NCBI GenBank assembly: GCA_013265495.1
Contig: MU058257.1
Coordinates: forward strand, 627,418-691,417
Source of the DNA: Vicugna vicugna
Lineage: Eukaryota
Direction of reading: 5' to 3'
Length of the DNA: 64,000 nt
Of this stretch, positions 1 through 12,103 are shown piece by piece; position 1 is the stretch's first letter, and each line of letters starts with the position of its first letter. Both the position numbers and the translations under genes were made by a program. A model generated the notes under the pieces. The model was given only the letters and a program-made list of their open reading frames with translations, was not told the DNA's origin and ran no database searches.

Positions 1-247
1 AGGACAAAGGATCCAAGGACCACTTCACATCTTGGGGCAACATTTCCAACCATAAGTTGGCCTCATGTTCCTGTCTTGTGTTCATGCAACCAGATCTATT
101 TCTCAGTCTCTCTCTCTCTCTCACCACTTCTCAGAATGGGGACATTGTCAAAGCCTTGCACACAAAATATTTTCCAGGAGTAAATAAGTGTGGGGCATTC
201 TCAGCAAAAGATTAAAGTGTTGTTAGTGTATCAAAGCAGCTGTGATT

Positions 248-657
248 TTTAAAAAAATTGAAGTGTAGTTGATTTATACACTGTGTTAGTTTCTGGCGCA
301 GCACAGTGATCAGTTACACAGATGTTCTTTTGCTTTGTAGGTTGTTACAAGATACTGAGTCTAGCTCCCTGTGCTCTACAGTAGGACCTTGTTTATCTCT
401 TTTATATAGAGTAATTTGTGTCTGCTAATCCCAAACCCCTGATTGATTCCTCCCTCTCTTCCCCTCTGGTAACCATAAGTTTGTTTTGCAATTAAGTTCA
501 TTTGTGTAATTGTTTTTTAAGATTCTACATATAAGCAATATCATATATTTGTCTTTCTTTGTGTGACTTACTTCACTAAGTATGATAATCTCTAGGTCCA
601 TACATGTTTCTGAAAATGGCATGATTTCATTCTTTTTTATGACTCAGCAGTACTCCA

Positions 658-696
<39 letters not shown>

Positions 697-772
697 TCAC
701 ACCACAACTTTATCCAGTTGTCTGTTGAGGGACATGTAGGTGGCTTCCATGTCTTGGCTGTTGTAAACAGTG
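248..772 (-). mobile_element. 5'-truncated L1 3' end
   Basis: Artiodactyl-type L1 3'UTR in antisense; 15 bp TSD aaagcagctgtgatt at 233-247 and 773-787; internal (GT)n. Confidence 0.88.
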
Positions 773-2269
773 AAAGCAGCTGTGATTCTTCAAGAGGAAG
801 GTAGTTGTATATAGCATTTCCCGAAAACAATAGTCCACAGACTCCTTTTTACGAAAGTGTCTTAAATAACTAAGATTCCACCAAAGACTTTTGGTGAAGG
901 GCTCTTCTCTCCTCTTTGTCTTCCTCAATCAGCCCAGGAATTTCAGTTACCGAGTTCCCTCTACAACATTTTGTTCCTCCTTCCTTCGTGTTTGGGGTGA
1001 GACCCCCCCTGGCTGGTTTTCTGAGGCTCCCTGTACCAGGGAGTGGAAACGCCTGTGGCACCATCCAGAGACCCCGCCCCGCAGTGCGCATGGTGACTGC
1101 ACACTCCAGGGCTTTCCCCAGAGCACTCAACCCACGAATGTATTTTATCCTTAGGTGTTAGAATAGCATGCAGACGCTTTGGCACCTAATCAATTAAAAA
1201 AAAACATTGTTACTTATGAGGAAATGACAAATCTCAGTACCACTGAGACTGCGTCATATTCTGATACCATTTCTCTAGGAGCTAATGGGGTGTGAGCCTC
1301 TAAGGAGGCCAGGAACTTGGATGATCACCTCTCCATGGTTTAATATGCCAGAATCCCTGAATTTTCTCCTGGCATCTTCTGAAATTTTGTTCCCCACTCC
1401 ATTCTGAGTCTCACTAGCAGCTCCAGGAGCTGCACAGAAAGAGAGAAGCTTTGTTGCTGAGACAGGGAGACGTGCACCAGGAGATTAAAACCAACAGGGG
1501 TGAATTTCAGGTGTCAGGTCTCTCTAGAAGGGGCTGTGTTTCACGCCTACCTTGGCCACTACAGGTCTGGATGAATCTGGTCAAGTGGCTACCGCCTTTG
1601 TGTTTTGATCTCTTTCCTCATGGTGGAAAACACTGGTAGAGGTCTAATCCTTTTATAATAAACTAGGGGATGGCACATTTTCAGGTGGAAAATAATGGAT
1701 AACATGGCTTTGTGTTAGTTTTAATCAAAATGTCTATATTCAGATTGAGGTGGGTGATGCTCTGGTTGCAGTTATGGGCGAGGGGACATCCCTTCCTTTG
1801 TGTCTTCGTAGCTGTTGGCTGACCTGGGCTTTGGAGCAGAGGAAGCCTACCTTGCTCAGAGAGAGCAGGAATTAGGTGAGAAAGGTTCGTCCCAAGAAAG
1901 GCAATGGGAGGGGCAAACAAAAGATGTTAATCAGAGACCCAAGACTATGCCTCGCCTTAGAGAGCGGATTAGTTGGGTTGGGACAAGACAAAGAATGCTG
2001 ATGTGCTCAGTGCCAAAAAAGGGGAGGATTTTTTACTTTGGGATCTGGAAAGTCAGCAGAAGAGTGAGGAGGGATCTCCGGTTTGGAATGGCATAGGGGG
2101 ACAGGGGGCCACAGCACAGGACCCTGCAGGGAGACTGCTGTCTCGGAATCCTGCCTCCACTGGTCCCCCCCGCCATCTTGGTCTAGTTCCTTAACCTCTC
2201 TGGGCCCAGGGTCATACTTTGTAAACGGGGACGATGATGGTAACAATACGTGACCCAGAGTTGTCGTAA

Positions 2270-2650
2270 GTGTGGATGAAAAATGTCCCCTGCCGTATCA
2301 GTAAACAAACGACACTGGCCGTCAGCAGCCCCAGCCTCCCCCAGCTGTGCCCCCTGAGGGGACTCAGGATGGAGAAGAGCAGAATACAGGCTCTGGGCAG
2401 CGAAGGTGCAGATCAAAGGGAGGATTTCAGTGAGCCCAGACTCTTGCATCTTCCCTTACATACAAAAGTGCCAAATTCGTTAACTTGAGATGTTTGTTTT
2501 CTTTAATTAGCAGAAATCTTTTGATGTTCAACTACCTGTTTTGTTTTTGCAAAACTCCTGTATATCTTGGCTCCTCCCTTACCTCTTTGGAACAGTCCCA
2601 GGGCTACCCGAGAGGCTGTCTCCTGGGCTCAAGTCCTCAGTACATCCGTA
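2270..2650 (+). mobile_element. ERV1-type LTR fragment next to a MIR
   Basis: Starts tgtggatgaaaaatgtcccctgccgtatcagtaaacaaa, resembling artiodactyl LTRs; MIR-like sequence at ~2180-2269. Confidence 0.55.
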
Positions 2651-4326
2651 CTTGGGTTTTCTGTGAAGCTGTGGAGTGGCCCTAACACAGGAAGGAAGAC
2701 AGAGTAGGTGACTGTCAAGAAATATAACCATGAAGAGCTCTTTGAATCCTTAATTTCTCCTTTCATCCCTAACTGTATCTTCTATGATTTGCAGAATGCA
2801 CGTAGTTAACGTAATACGGATAAGCTGACAGCCACATGTTACTCATCTGTTGCTCCAGTTGTATCTGCTCCAGACCAGATAAATCCTGGACTCACCTCTC
2901 AACCGACCTAAACTCTGGAGTCCTCACTTATAAAGTGGAATAATGACAAAACATGGCTCACAGAGCTGCTGTGGAAATAGCCAGTGCTTGCAGCAGACAC
3001 AAGTGTAGCATCATCATTCTAGAAGATTCTGATGGTTTATGCCTTCTCTCCTAAAATGATAGAGTTGGTTCGTGGGAACTTTATTGCCAAGAATTGACAG
3101 GTGTGTGATAATATGATGCTCTTATCTGAGTCATCCTGCAAGGTTTCTTAAGAACAACAACAACAACAGAAGTCAGTGATCGTCCTGGTCTTGCGGGCTT
3201 CTTGGTGCCAAGTTCTATTCGGTTTAAGGCTCCCTTCCTTCCGGCTTCCCCAGCCCCGAGCTGAGAAGATGCTGAAGACCCCCCAGTGGACAGAGTTTAG
3301 GGAAATGGAGCTAATTCTTGGTGGAACTGGTTTCTAATGCAACACTGTTTTCTAATGCAACACAGCAGCTCTAATTACCTTTGGGAAGCAGAAACATTCT
3401 GGAATGTTACAAAAGCCATTTGATTTGCACAAAGATAAAGTGCAGTCCAGCCCAAGGGGCAATTAATATGTTAGCAAGGAAGGCAGGAGATGGAACAATA
3501 TGTAATTTTCATGTCTTAAGTTAAATGTTTCAATCCTCATGACATATTTAATTCCTGACTTCGAGAAGTATTGTACAGTGATTCAGCTCATTAAACCAAG
3601 GGAGAAAGAGCCTAGCTTAGCAGCTCACTTGGGATAAGAAATGGTTGAAAAGCATTTCTGTTTAAGGTCTTCTCAAACAATGAAGCACAAAACATTAATC
3701 TCTGGTCCTCAGTGTTCTTCGGAAAGTATCTCGGGACTAATTCTGAGAGACTCCTCGGAAGTCGTCTTGGTTTTTGGAAACTCCCATGAACAGAAATAAG
3801 ATTTAAATTTGGTGTAGTGATGACCCAGTTCTCACTGTATCTCTGCTTCTTTTCGCTCAGCAGAGGAACCGAAACAGCCACTGAGGAGGGAAAAACGTCC
3901 TCTTCTTGGTTAAATCTTGAAAGATGCTAAAGGTGTCAGTGTCTAGAGAAAAGCAGGAATATTGATTCAGCGGGAAGAGCTGTGCTGAGCAGCTGGCCCC
4001 TCCCGGAGTCCCTGTGCTTCAGAATTAAGTTTTCCTTCAGTCAGAGGAAGCTAAGGGGAGGCCGGCTGGCCTGTGGGCGATGGGATGGGGGCAGCCAGTT
4101 GTGTGGTAACAGCTTTCTCCAGGGCCTGCCCTGCTCTCCTAAGGAGCGGGCTTTGGCTCCACAATTCTCTAGTCTTTTACTACTAGTATTATTATTACCA
4201 CTACTATTGTTTTGGTCCCAGATGGAATCAATTTTTTCCTAAGATTTAGGAAGCTAATAGCAATGCTATGCTCAACTTTTCCCTGCAACTAAATTTAGCA
4301 AGGGCGCTGGAATAAACATTGTCAGA

Positions 4327-4332
4327 TTTATT
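4327..4332 (-). promoter_or_regulatory. Probable NRP1 polyadenylation signal
   Basis: Plus-strand tttatt = AATAAA on the coding strand at the end of the AU-rich UTR. Confidence 0.6.
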
Positions 4333-5111
4333 ACCTATTTTCTATGAGAAAAAAACTTACCAACAGATATTTGGGAATTTCATTAAAGAAAACTTTACCA
4401 AGTGGAATATGGAAATGTTTGACACAAGACTTAGAGTTGAAAAATTTCCACGTATAAGGCCAAATTCTTTGTGCCTTATCTTGACAAGTGTCCAATTTGG
4501 GTTGATAGTTCACTGTCAGGAAATGTCTTCTTAATCTTCTCTCCTTATTAGGATGTTATTTTTAAAAGAGAACTTTAAAAAAAAATCTTGAAAGTTATTT
4601 GATGCTGGAATAATACCAATTTCTTTAACAATAAAAAAGCTAATATAATAAAAGCCATCAGGTTTGGGATATTTTATGAAAATGTTTAATTCAACTGTTT
4701 CTTTGGAATGTAGTAGTCATAGTTTGGAATTTAAGTTACAGTTCAGTTCTATGTGTTTTTTTTTTTAATGCAACTCAGTGTCTGAGAATACAAATGTCAT
4801 TTAAAGTTAAGGCTTCGCTGTTCATTTTGAAACAACAATTTACAAGTGTCGTATCGTCATAGAAAATAAAAATTTCTGTAAAAAAAATTTGCACAAAATT
4901 TTATGATGGTACAAAACATGAAGCAATAATATAACAGTAAAATGAAAACATTTTACTACAGAAAGTTTTATAGATTTCAATAAAGAAAAAATATGTTATT
5001 TTACACCTTTTAAAATTACGAAACAATCTAAAACAATATAAACTGAACATTTTGTAACACTGCCTTTACAAATTAATAACTTTATAAACATATAATTTTT
5101 AAATATATTTA

Positions 5112-5120
5112 TCAGTGCAA
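5112..5120 (-). promoter_or_regulatory. Overlapping miR-148/152 8mer and miR-130/301 seed matches
   Basis: mRNA-sense TTGCACTGA in an AU-rich context; motif match only. Confidence 0.45.
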
Positions 5121-7239
5121 GATACTTTAAAATTTAAAGTTGCAGTATCATTTTTCCTTGGCTGAGGACAACTTTAGGTCTGTGGCCTTAAAAAAAAAAT
5201 CAAGTCTTACTTTTGTCTTGGTATGATTATAACGGCTGAATGGATGCCTCTGGGATGAGACTCTATTCTTTCATAGCGATCAATACTTTCCTGGAAACAA
5301 AAGGCATTCTCAATCCAATTAAACCAGGATGAATGGACTTTCCCTCCATGATGCAAATGGGACTCCCACTAACTTATCTGACTGAGTCCTATTGCTGTGC
5401 AGGAAGGCAGGAAGAGCTGAGCTCTTACATACAACACAGCAGAACACAAATGCATGGAAAACGACCAGCACTTCTTTGGGTTAATTCAATGCTGCCTGAT
5501 AAGATATTTACTTCTCGGTGGGTGCCGTTGGAGGCTGAGGTCTTGCCAGCCCCAAGGCAGGCTTTTTCTCTGTCAGCCGTTGGAAGTTTCTAGACGCACT
5601 CGTTCAAGTCAATGTTTTTTTCAGGGATGCTGTTGAATGGATTTTTAAAAACATCATTTTGACTTTACTCATTTTCTTTCCCTCTCTTATCTTAAAATAA
5701 TTCATTCCCAGGCACCAGGATTTATAGTTGCATTCTTAAATTAACTGTTCTTTCTTCCACTTCCCTTGTCTGACTCAATATCAAAACAAGAAGATTCTCA
5801 TGGGTCACTTTTGTGTATTTGGATGGAAAAATCTCATATTTTTGGATTTGGGGAGAATTTTATTCCTTTAGGTCTCACTTGAGAGCCAATTAGTATTATT
5901 TCTTCCTTCAGTGTATCACTTTCTATTAAATGCAGACATTCCTATCAAAGATCATTTTGATTGAAATAGACCGACAGATGGCTTAAGGAAAAAAGATACT
6001 GCTGCTTTAACCAGTTAACGAGAAAACCAAAGTTAGACTTTGGAGGGCAAAGTTAGGAATTTCCCTTATTTATTTTCAAACATAAAGTCTAGTAAAATTG
6101 TTTGCCATTCCCAGCAGGTTAAAGCTGCAAGTTTCTTTTCTGGATAATGGCAAATGCTTAAATCCTAAGAGAGAAAAAATACAGAGAGAGAGAGAGAGAG
6201 AGGGGAGGGAGAGAGTGAGATTACATTTGAAAATACATTCCATATGAAAGAACAGTAAGAGAGAATATTGCAGCTTTATACAAAAGGGTCAAGAGACAAG
6301 AACTTGAACTACGGAAAAAGCCAGAACAAGTAAGCCACGTTGCCAAACCTTCGGAGCCCTTGCCTTCCCGGAGGCTGGCATCTGACACTAAAATATACTT
6401 TCTTCTCAGTCAGGGGGCCGCCAGGGTTTGATGAAAGGGGAGGGCTTTCAACCGTGGGAGACAGGGCGGGTTCATGGAACACAATGAGAAGCGGCACAAA
6501 CGAAAAGGCACTTGAGAGGACGCAGACTAGCCAGTGCCAAGGGCTTTTCATTGGGGGTCGTTGGCATCACACCCAGTTGCCAGCGGTGTTTGGTGACAGC
6601 ACAGTTTTCTGCACGGAGTTCACAGCACGAGGTTCCAGACAACACTGGAGAACGAGGAGGAAACCCGACGGTATTGCTTCGTAGACAGAGCTGACACGCT
6701 GTACACTGGGTGCTGAGGCTGCGGCACTAGGAAAGAAGACATCGCACTCCTCCTCGGCTTGCGCACGACGCGGGCACATCCACACAAGGACAATTTCAGG
6801 ATGCACTGAAATGCGCTTTTTCGGATACACTCTGGGCACTGGGCTACGGGTAGCATGTCCATCCAAAGGGCCCCACTGAATACACTTGGTGCCAGCATCT
6901 TGGATTTTGCACAGTTTCCGAGAAGAATCCAGAAGAGGAGAGAGAAGGGAAAAGGGGGAGGGGGAGTCAGAAATGAACGATTAAGTCCATCATCCTTGGT
7001 CTCCACACCAGCATTTGATTATTCAAATGAAACCCACAGAAAGAGGCTGACTGGTCATGATTCCGATTGTGAACACGGCGAAGTCGTTCATGTCTGTCAG
7101 CCAAACGCATTGCAGCTCCTGAGAAAATCTGGCTTGGCGTCATCAACGCGCTTCCCAGCCTGAGCAGTGAGAGACCAGCCGCCCCGCATGCCCCAGCTCG
7201 TCCTCCGCTCCCCACGCACCTTGTCACCTCCCTCTGCCC

Positions 7240-7529
7240 TCACGCCTCCGAGTACGTGCTCTGTGAATTCAGTTTGTCTTTTTTCAACTTCACGCCATCC
7301 ACGAGTTCAAAGTTATAGTTCTCCAGGGCGGACAAGTTTCTCTCCGACATCCCGTTGTGCCAGCAGGCGCAGTACAGCACAACCCCACACACGGCGCCCA
7401 GGAGGACACCCAGGGCACTCATGGCGATGATGGTGATGAGGATGGGGTCCAGGGTCTTCAACACGCTGCCTGGCTTCCTGGAGATCTTCTCCTCACCTTC
7501 TCCCACGCCTTCATAGCCCTGGGTGCTCC
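7240..7529 (-). CDS. NRP1: NRP1 exon 17 coding part (TM and cytoplasmic tail)
   Basis: Encodes (G)STQGYEG...LDPILITIIAMSALGVLLGAVCGVVLYCACWHNGMSERNLSALENYNFELVDGVKLKKDKLNSQSTYSEA-stop, ending in the PDZ-binding SEA motif; 290 bp. Confidence 0.98.
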
Positions 7530-8198
7530 CTGGGGAGAAAGACAAAGTTAGCTTGGTGAGCACTGCCAGCACACCTGATGCCACCTGATGGCAGCAGGCA
7601 GGGACACAGACAAGAAGGGAAGAAGCTCAGGTCCCGCCTGGGCTGTGCTCCCCCAGGAGCCTCGGGGGGCTTTTGTCCTGGGGTTTGGCTCCCCCATCGC
7701 CCAGAAACACCAACGTTGGTGATGTCTGACTGATCACTGGGAGTCCCAGCATGGGCAGGCAGGGGACTGGGGCGCTGGTGCTGTGATTCGAACAGAGAGC
7801 TGAGCACATGGAAACCACTGATGCTGGGTAAACGGTGACGGTTATGTTCTAATCGAATTCAGATTTCATGCAGCCTGCCACCTGTGAGATTGTGATCTGG
7901 GTTTACTGTCCTCGGCCAGATACACGGTCTGTAAGCTTTGCAAAATGCTCCGTCACACGTTTGTCGAGCCGAGGAGCCCACCACTCCCAGTGAGTCTGCC
8001 CGATTCCCCAGCCGGGCCCGAGGAGCCCGCGCAGCTGCCCCTCCAGGTCACCCCACGGAAAATCTTCAAGTCAAACACGTTCCCCCCAGGTCTGCGGTGG
8101 TTTCACTCAAGAAGGAGAGATCTTGCAGAACAAAGGGATGCTTACTGCTGACATTTAAACTGGCTCAGGACTCAAATCTAGGAGCGGAGTCTGGGTTG

Positions 8199-8828
8199 TG
8201 TAAGGCTGAGGCAGCCTAGTGGCTCCAAAATGAAGCTAGAATCACAAGGCAGAGCAAAGGTGAGGCGTCGCGTAGGAACAGGGCAGCAGACACAGCAGCT
8301 GCTCGCAAAAGGCAGCACCTGGTGACCATGACAGCCATGGTGACGCGGGCCAGGCAGACGCGCAAATGGACGGTCGCCCCACACCTTCTGAGCGCTAAAC
8401 GCCCCTAATGCTTTAAAGGTCACCAGTCATAACTAACCACTACCCCCTCTCCCCCATCCCCACGACCCCCCACCCTAGCCCTTTTGCTTGATTGGTTGAT
8501 AATTCAATAAAATGCTGGGGTTGTCGGGGGTTGGGGGGCGATCTGGGTCCAGGGCGCTCCCGGCCTCAAGTTGGCTGGTAGAAGTGCTGGCCTGGGTCCC
8601 CTCCCATCCCAAGCCCGTCTGGCTGCACCTGAACTCCTGGCTCTCGGCTTGCTCTTCACTCCGCACACAAGCAACAGGGGCCATGATGTCCAGGGAATCC
8701 GTGTGCGCGGTGGGCCTCAGGAAACAAGGTACCTAACAGGTTTTTTAGGATCCCAGACTTGTCGGGCCGGAGACACTCGGAGCCTGGGAAGGGCCTGACC
8801 GCCCGGCAGAGGCGTCTGAGCCTGACGA
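8199..8828 (+). repeat. 5' LTR
   Basis: Direct repeat of 12104-12743; ATTGG at ~8491 and AATAAAA at 8506; 3' end uncertain by a few bases. Confidence 0.9.
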
Positions 8829-8829
8829 G

Positions 8830-8846
8830 CGGCGCCCCGGTGAGGA
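8830..8846 (+). promoter_or_regulatory. Primer binding site, tRNA-Met(elongator)-like
   Basis: CGGCGCCCCG-GTGAGGA versus the expected TGGTGCCCCGTGTGAGGA; directly after the 5' LTR. Confidence 0.6.
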
Positions 8847-9365
8847 GCACCTTCCGGCATCTGGGATCTTGGGCTTCTTCCCGGGCTTTACGGGGATGGC
8901 CTTTTGCCTCCCTCCTTCCGCAGCTGTCTGGTAACTCCGGCCTTGGTCTACTGGGCTTGCCTGCGGTGGCGCCAGGTTAGTCCTGACACCCTCGGTGTCC
9001 AGACAATAGCCAGTTACAGTTTGACCAACTTATGGGGTTGCACAAACTACAGTGCAACCAATGCAACTGAAATGGATCCTAAATACTGTAAACGTGGCTT
9101 CCCGGCGGCTGCCCGGCGGCCAGCAGCCTGTTACACTCATCCTGTTAATTTTGCTGCCGGGAGAGCAGTGGCTGTGCTGTTACCGGTGCTGTGGGGAAAA
9201 GCCTGAGCCATCCTGCACTCACAGCAGCCCCAGCCGTCATGCGTCAGACCCCCTGGCAGCCCACCCCAGGATCTGAGGCCAGAGCCCCATCCACAGGCCC
9301 CGGACTCCCCTCCCGACTCCCCTCCCGACCAGTCTGAGGAATTAAGGCGCTTTCTTTAATTTACC

Positions 9366-10700
9366 ACGGGAAAAACTCAATCCAAACCCCAGTCTAGCGG
9401 GGCATACCGTACACGGGGTTTGTCGGAAGACGTGATAGCCGACAAAGACCGCTCGGGATATGGAAATTATGCAAAGGGGACAACTGAGTCCTGGATGAAA
9501 AAATTAAATAAAAAGGGGTGGTTCCCCAGTGAGGGTGCCCTGGAACCCTCCAATTGGCAGAGAACAACCCAAATGCTTAAAAACAAGAGAAGGCATAAAG
9601 ACCTCCCACTAGTGCCTCAGGCCAAGACCGTGTGGGAAGAGGCAAACACCAAGGCCACCCTGCCCGTGGCTCCACACAAAAGGAGGGAACCCAGGGAGCC
9701 CCTCCCCGAGCCTCAGAGACACAGATCCGGAGAAGTGGGATGGGGATATTTGGAATAGTAACCCCAGTTCCTTCCGGAAGACCCTTGCCACTCAGGCCTT
9801 TCCAGTTACCCAAGATGCCCAGGGCCTCCCACCGCAAGTACTTGGAACACCCAGGCCGATAACAGAGCTGAAGAAAACCATAAAGATATATGGCCCAGGC
9901 AGCCCAGGGTGTGTACAAGGCCTCCTGGGCATCATAGATGCCACAACCCCACTGGCCAGGATCTAAGGCACCTGCTCAGGGGAGTTCTCAACCTGGTACA
10001 AATGGCGATGGCCACCAGCCTGATCCAAGAGCGAATTGAGCGATGGGTTACCAGTCCGACCAATGCTCAACAATGGACGGCAGCCAAGTGAGGGAGGGGA
10101 AATGACCAGCGTGGGCACCCCCTCCCCAGTGCAGCTCTTCGCCGACGTTATCAGGACGGGGTTACTGAGGCCATGGAGCGCTGGCCCCAGGCAGGTCCCC
10201 GGGAGGCTGGCCAAGGTCCTGCAAGCCCCCAAGGAGGACTATTCAACCTTCCTGGATAGGCTGCAAAAGGCGGGGGACCAGGTCACCTCCGACCCAGGGG
10301 CCCAAAAGAGTCTCACAGAGGAGCCCAGTTACCAGCACCATCAAACCCATTCCCAGCACCTTGACTTATCGAGGGCAAACAAAGGGGGGCCTAACTGACA
10401 AAATTCAGATTGCGAATGAGATCCATCCTGACGACATGGCCCTCGTGGAGGCCCTAACAGCCACCATGGCCGGCCAATGTGGTCCTAGGCCCAGAGGTCC
10501 CCAACCAAAAGGGCCCTGGGCAAGGTGGGCACTGGAAAAATGAATGCTCTAGTCGGTGCCAAGATACAGGCAGAAAACCATGCCTGACCCCACTGTCAGG
10601 CCAAAAACACCCCGCCCCATCTGCCAAACACCTGGTCACTGGGCAGCCTGGTGCCCCGAGAAGCTGGCAAAAAATGGGCAGCAGGAGGGCCAGTTAGTCC
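9366..10700 (+). pseudogene. gag: Decayed gag
   Basis: (ACG)GKTQSKP start, MA WFPSEGALEPSNW, CA AFPVT and ELKKTIKIYGPGSPG, MHR VLQAPKEDYSTFLDRLQ, two knuckle remnants GQGGHWKNEC and PICQTPGHWAAWC; several frameshifts and stops. Confidence 0.85.
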
Positions 10701-11394
10701 CCGAGGCCGTCCCCTGGATGACTCAGAGGAAGAAGTCCTCGTCTGCCCTGGGGACACCCCTGCCATAGCCCTCACGTGGCGAGCCCTGCGACCCGGCGCC
10801 CGTTCCTCGAGGCCCACAATATACGGGGCCAGCTGCTTTGATCTCGTCACAGCCACTGATCAGAGACTGCCAGGAAACGGGGCGGTCACCCCCGTCCCCC
10901 GGGGGCCAGTCTAAATATCCCACCAGGGCTTACTGGCTGCCTTGATGTCAGGCCTGGACTATTTCAATATAATTTTGACACAGGAAACAATTGGCTATTC
11001 CCAGGGATTCAGACTGAGGTTATTCTCCAATTAAAAATTACAATCATCTGACTGGGACATGCATGCCGGGGATCACGCCCACCTCACAATACTTGGCGCA
11101 GCCCCCATCAGATGGGTTCAAGTCCAGGCATTCCCAGTGCTGGACCTGGGTCACCCGCCTGTCATCAGAGTACGAGCTGCAGGCCAGGAAGTTCGAGGCC
11201 TCCTGCATACAGGCGCCCCCGGGGATGTGCTCTGGAGAAATATCACACATGAGCCTTGGCAGGGCCCAGTCCCAGTCCTGGATGGACGGAAAGGACATCT
11301 ATTAATGAAAACCCCCGAGGGGGTTGGATGGACCCCCGGCGGCATGCTGGACTGTGGTGGCCGGCGGCTGCCGAGCCTAGTGCCCCTCTCATAA
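10669..11394 (+). pseudogene. Decayed dUTPase-protease fused to the integrase C-terminal domain
   Basis: AAAAAAT slippery-like site at 10669 with a -1 frame reading GASCFDL (dUTPase motif 1-like); GLLHTGA (DTG-like) runs directly into VLWRNITHEPWQGPVPVL. Confidence 0.7.
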
Positions 11395-12103
11395 CAAATG
11401 AGAACTCGGGTCCAGACCCATCAGCGCAGGAGAGGGAGGGAACAAACCTCCAACCCAGCGGAGAATGAAAGAACCAGACATCCCCAGAGACGGAGAAACA
11501 AAGGCCGACACTCAGGACCTCAGGGATCACCAGGGGGTTGCTGGGACCACACCCCAAACCCGCAAAGAAACCAGAGGGCCCGATGCCACCCACTGGAGAT
11601 GCCAATGCCGGCACCTAGAAGCACATCGAGCACCAGAGGACTGCTGGCGCCCACGCGGGAGGCCCGATCGTGCTGTCCAAAATTCCCACCCGAGGACCCT
11701 GAGCCAAAATTTCCTTTCCCCCGCTTCCCGCTTTCATATCTAGATCCCACAGCAATAGCTCCGCCGGAAACTCTTACCCTGCATCCCTCCCCCTCTTTAC
11801 GCCTCACGGCACACCCGCCCCCATCTGCGGATGGCTAACTAGACAACTTTGGGTGCAAGCCAACCGCTCTGTATTTTGGCTTTTGCAGCAGGAGACTGAA
11901 CGAGACCAGGATGGCCCCAGGAGCCCTGGTCATGCTGCCGGGAGGCTTGGTCCGGCCAGCCGGACAAGGTGTCAGACTCTTGATCTGTCTCCTTGCCCAT
12001 CAAAAGGCCACAGGAGGAATCCAGTGAAAAATGGCCAGATATCAATTGCTGTCAAGGGAGGAAGTGGAAGTAGTTTGAGCTTTTACAATAAAAAGAGAGC
12101 ACA

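Larger units (their letters stand above)
4310..7239 (-). other. NRP1: NRP1 3'UTR (~2.9 kb; end approximate)
   Basis: Follows the stop codon, no recognisable interspersed repeats, AU-rich distally, and reaches a minus-strand AATAAA at 4327-4332. Confidence 0.75.

Noticed and set aside
3331..3363. Short direct repeat tttctaatgcaacac x2, and similar micro-duplications near 9303, 61190 and 63160
   Set aside because: Two-copy slippage duplications with no array or spacer structure.
9860..10660. Deltaretrovirus identity for the provirus (PTGQDL..LL and PICQ..HW resemble HTLV/BLV Gag)
   Set aside because: The dUTPase-like segment before the protease, the beta-type MA and CA motifs, a non-Pro PBS and no recognisable tax/rex region argue for a beta-like element; only a phylogeny could reopen this.
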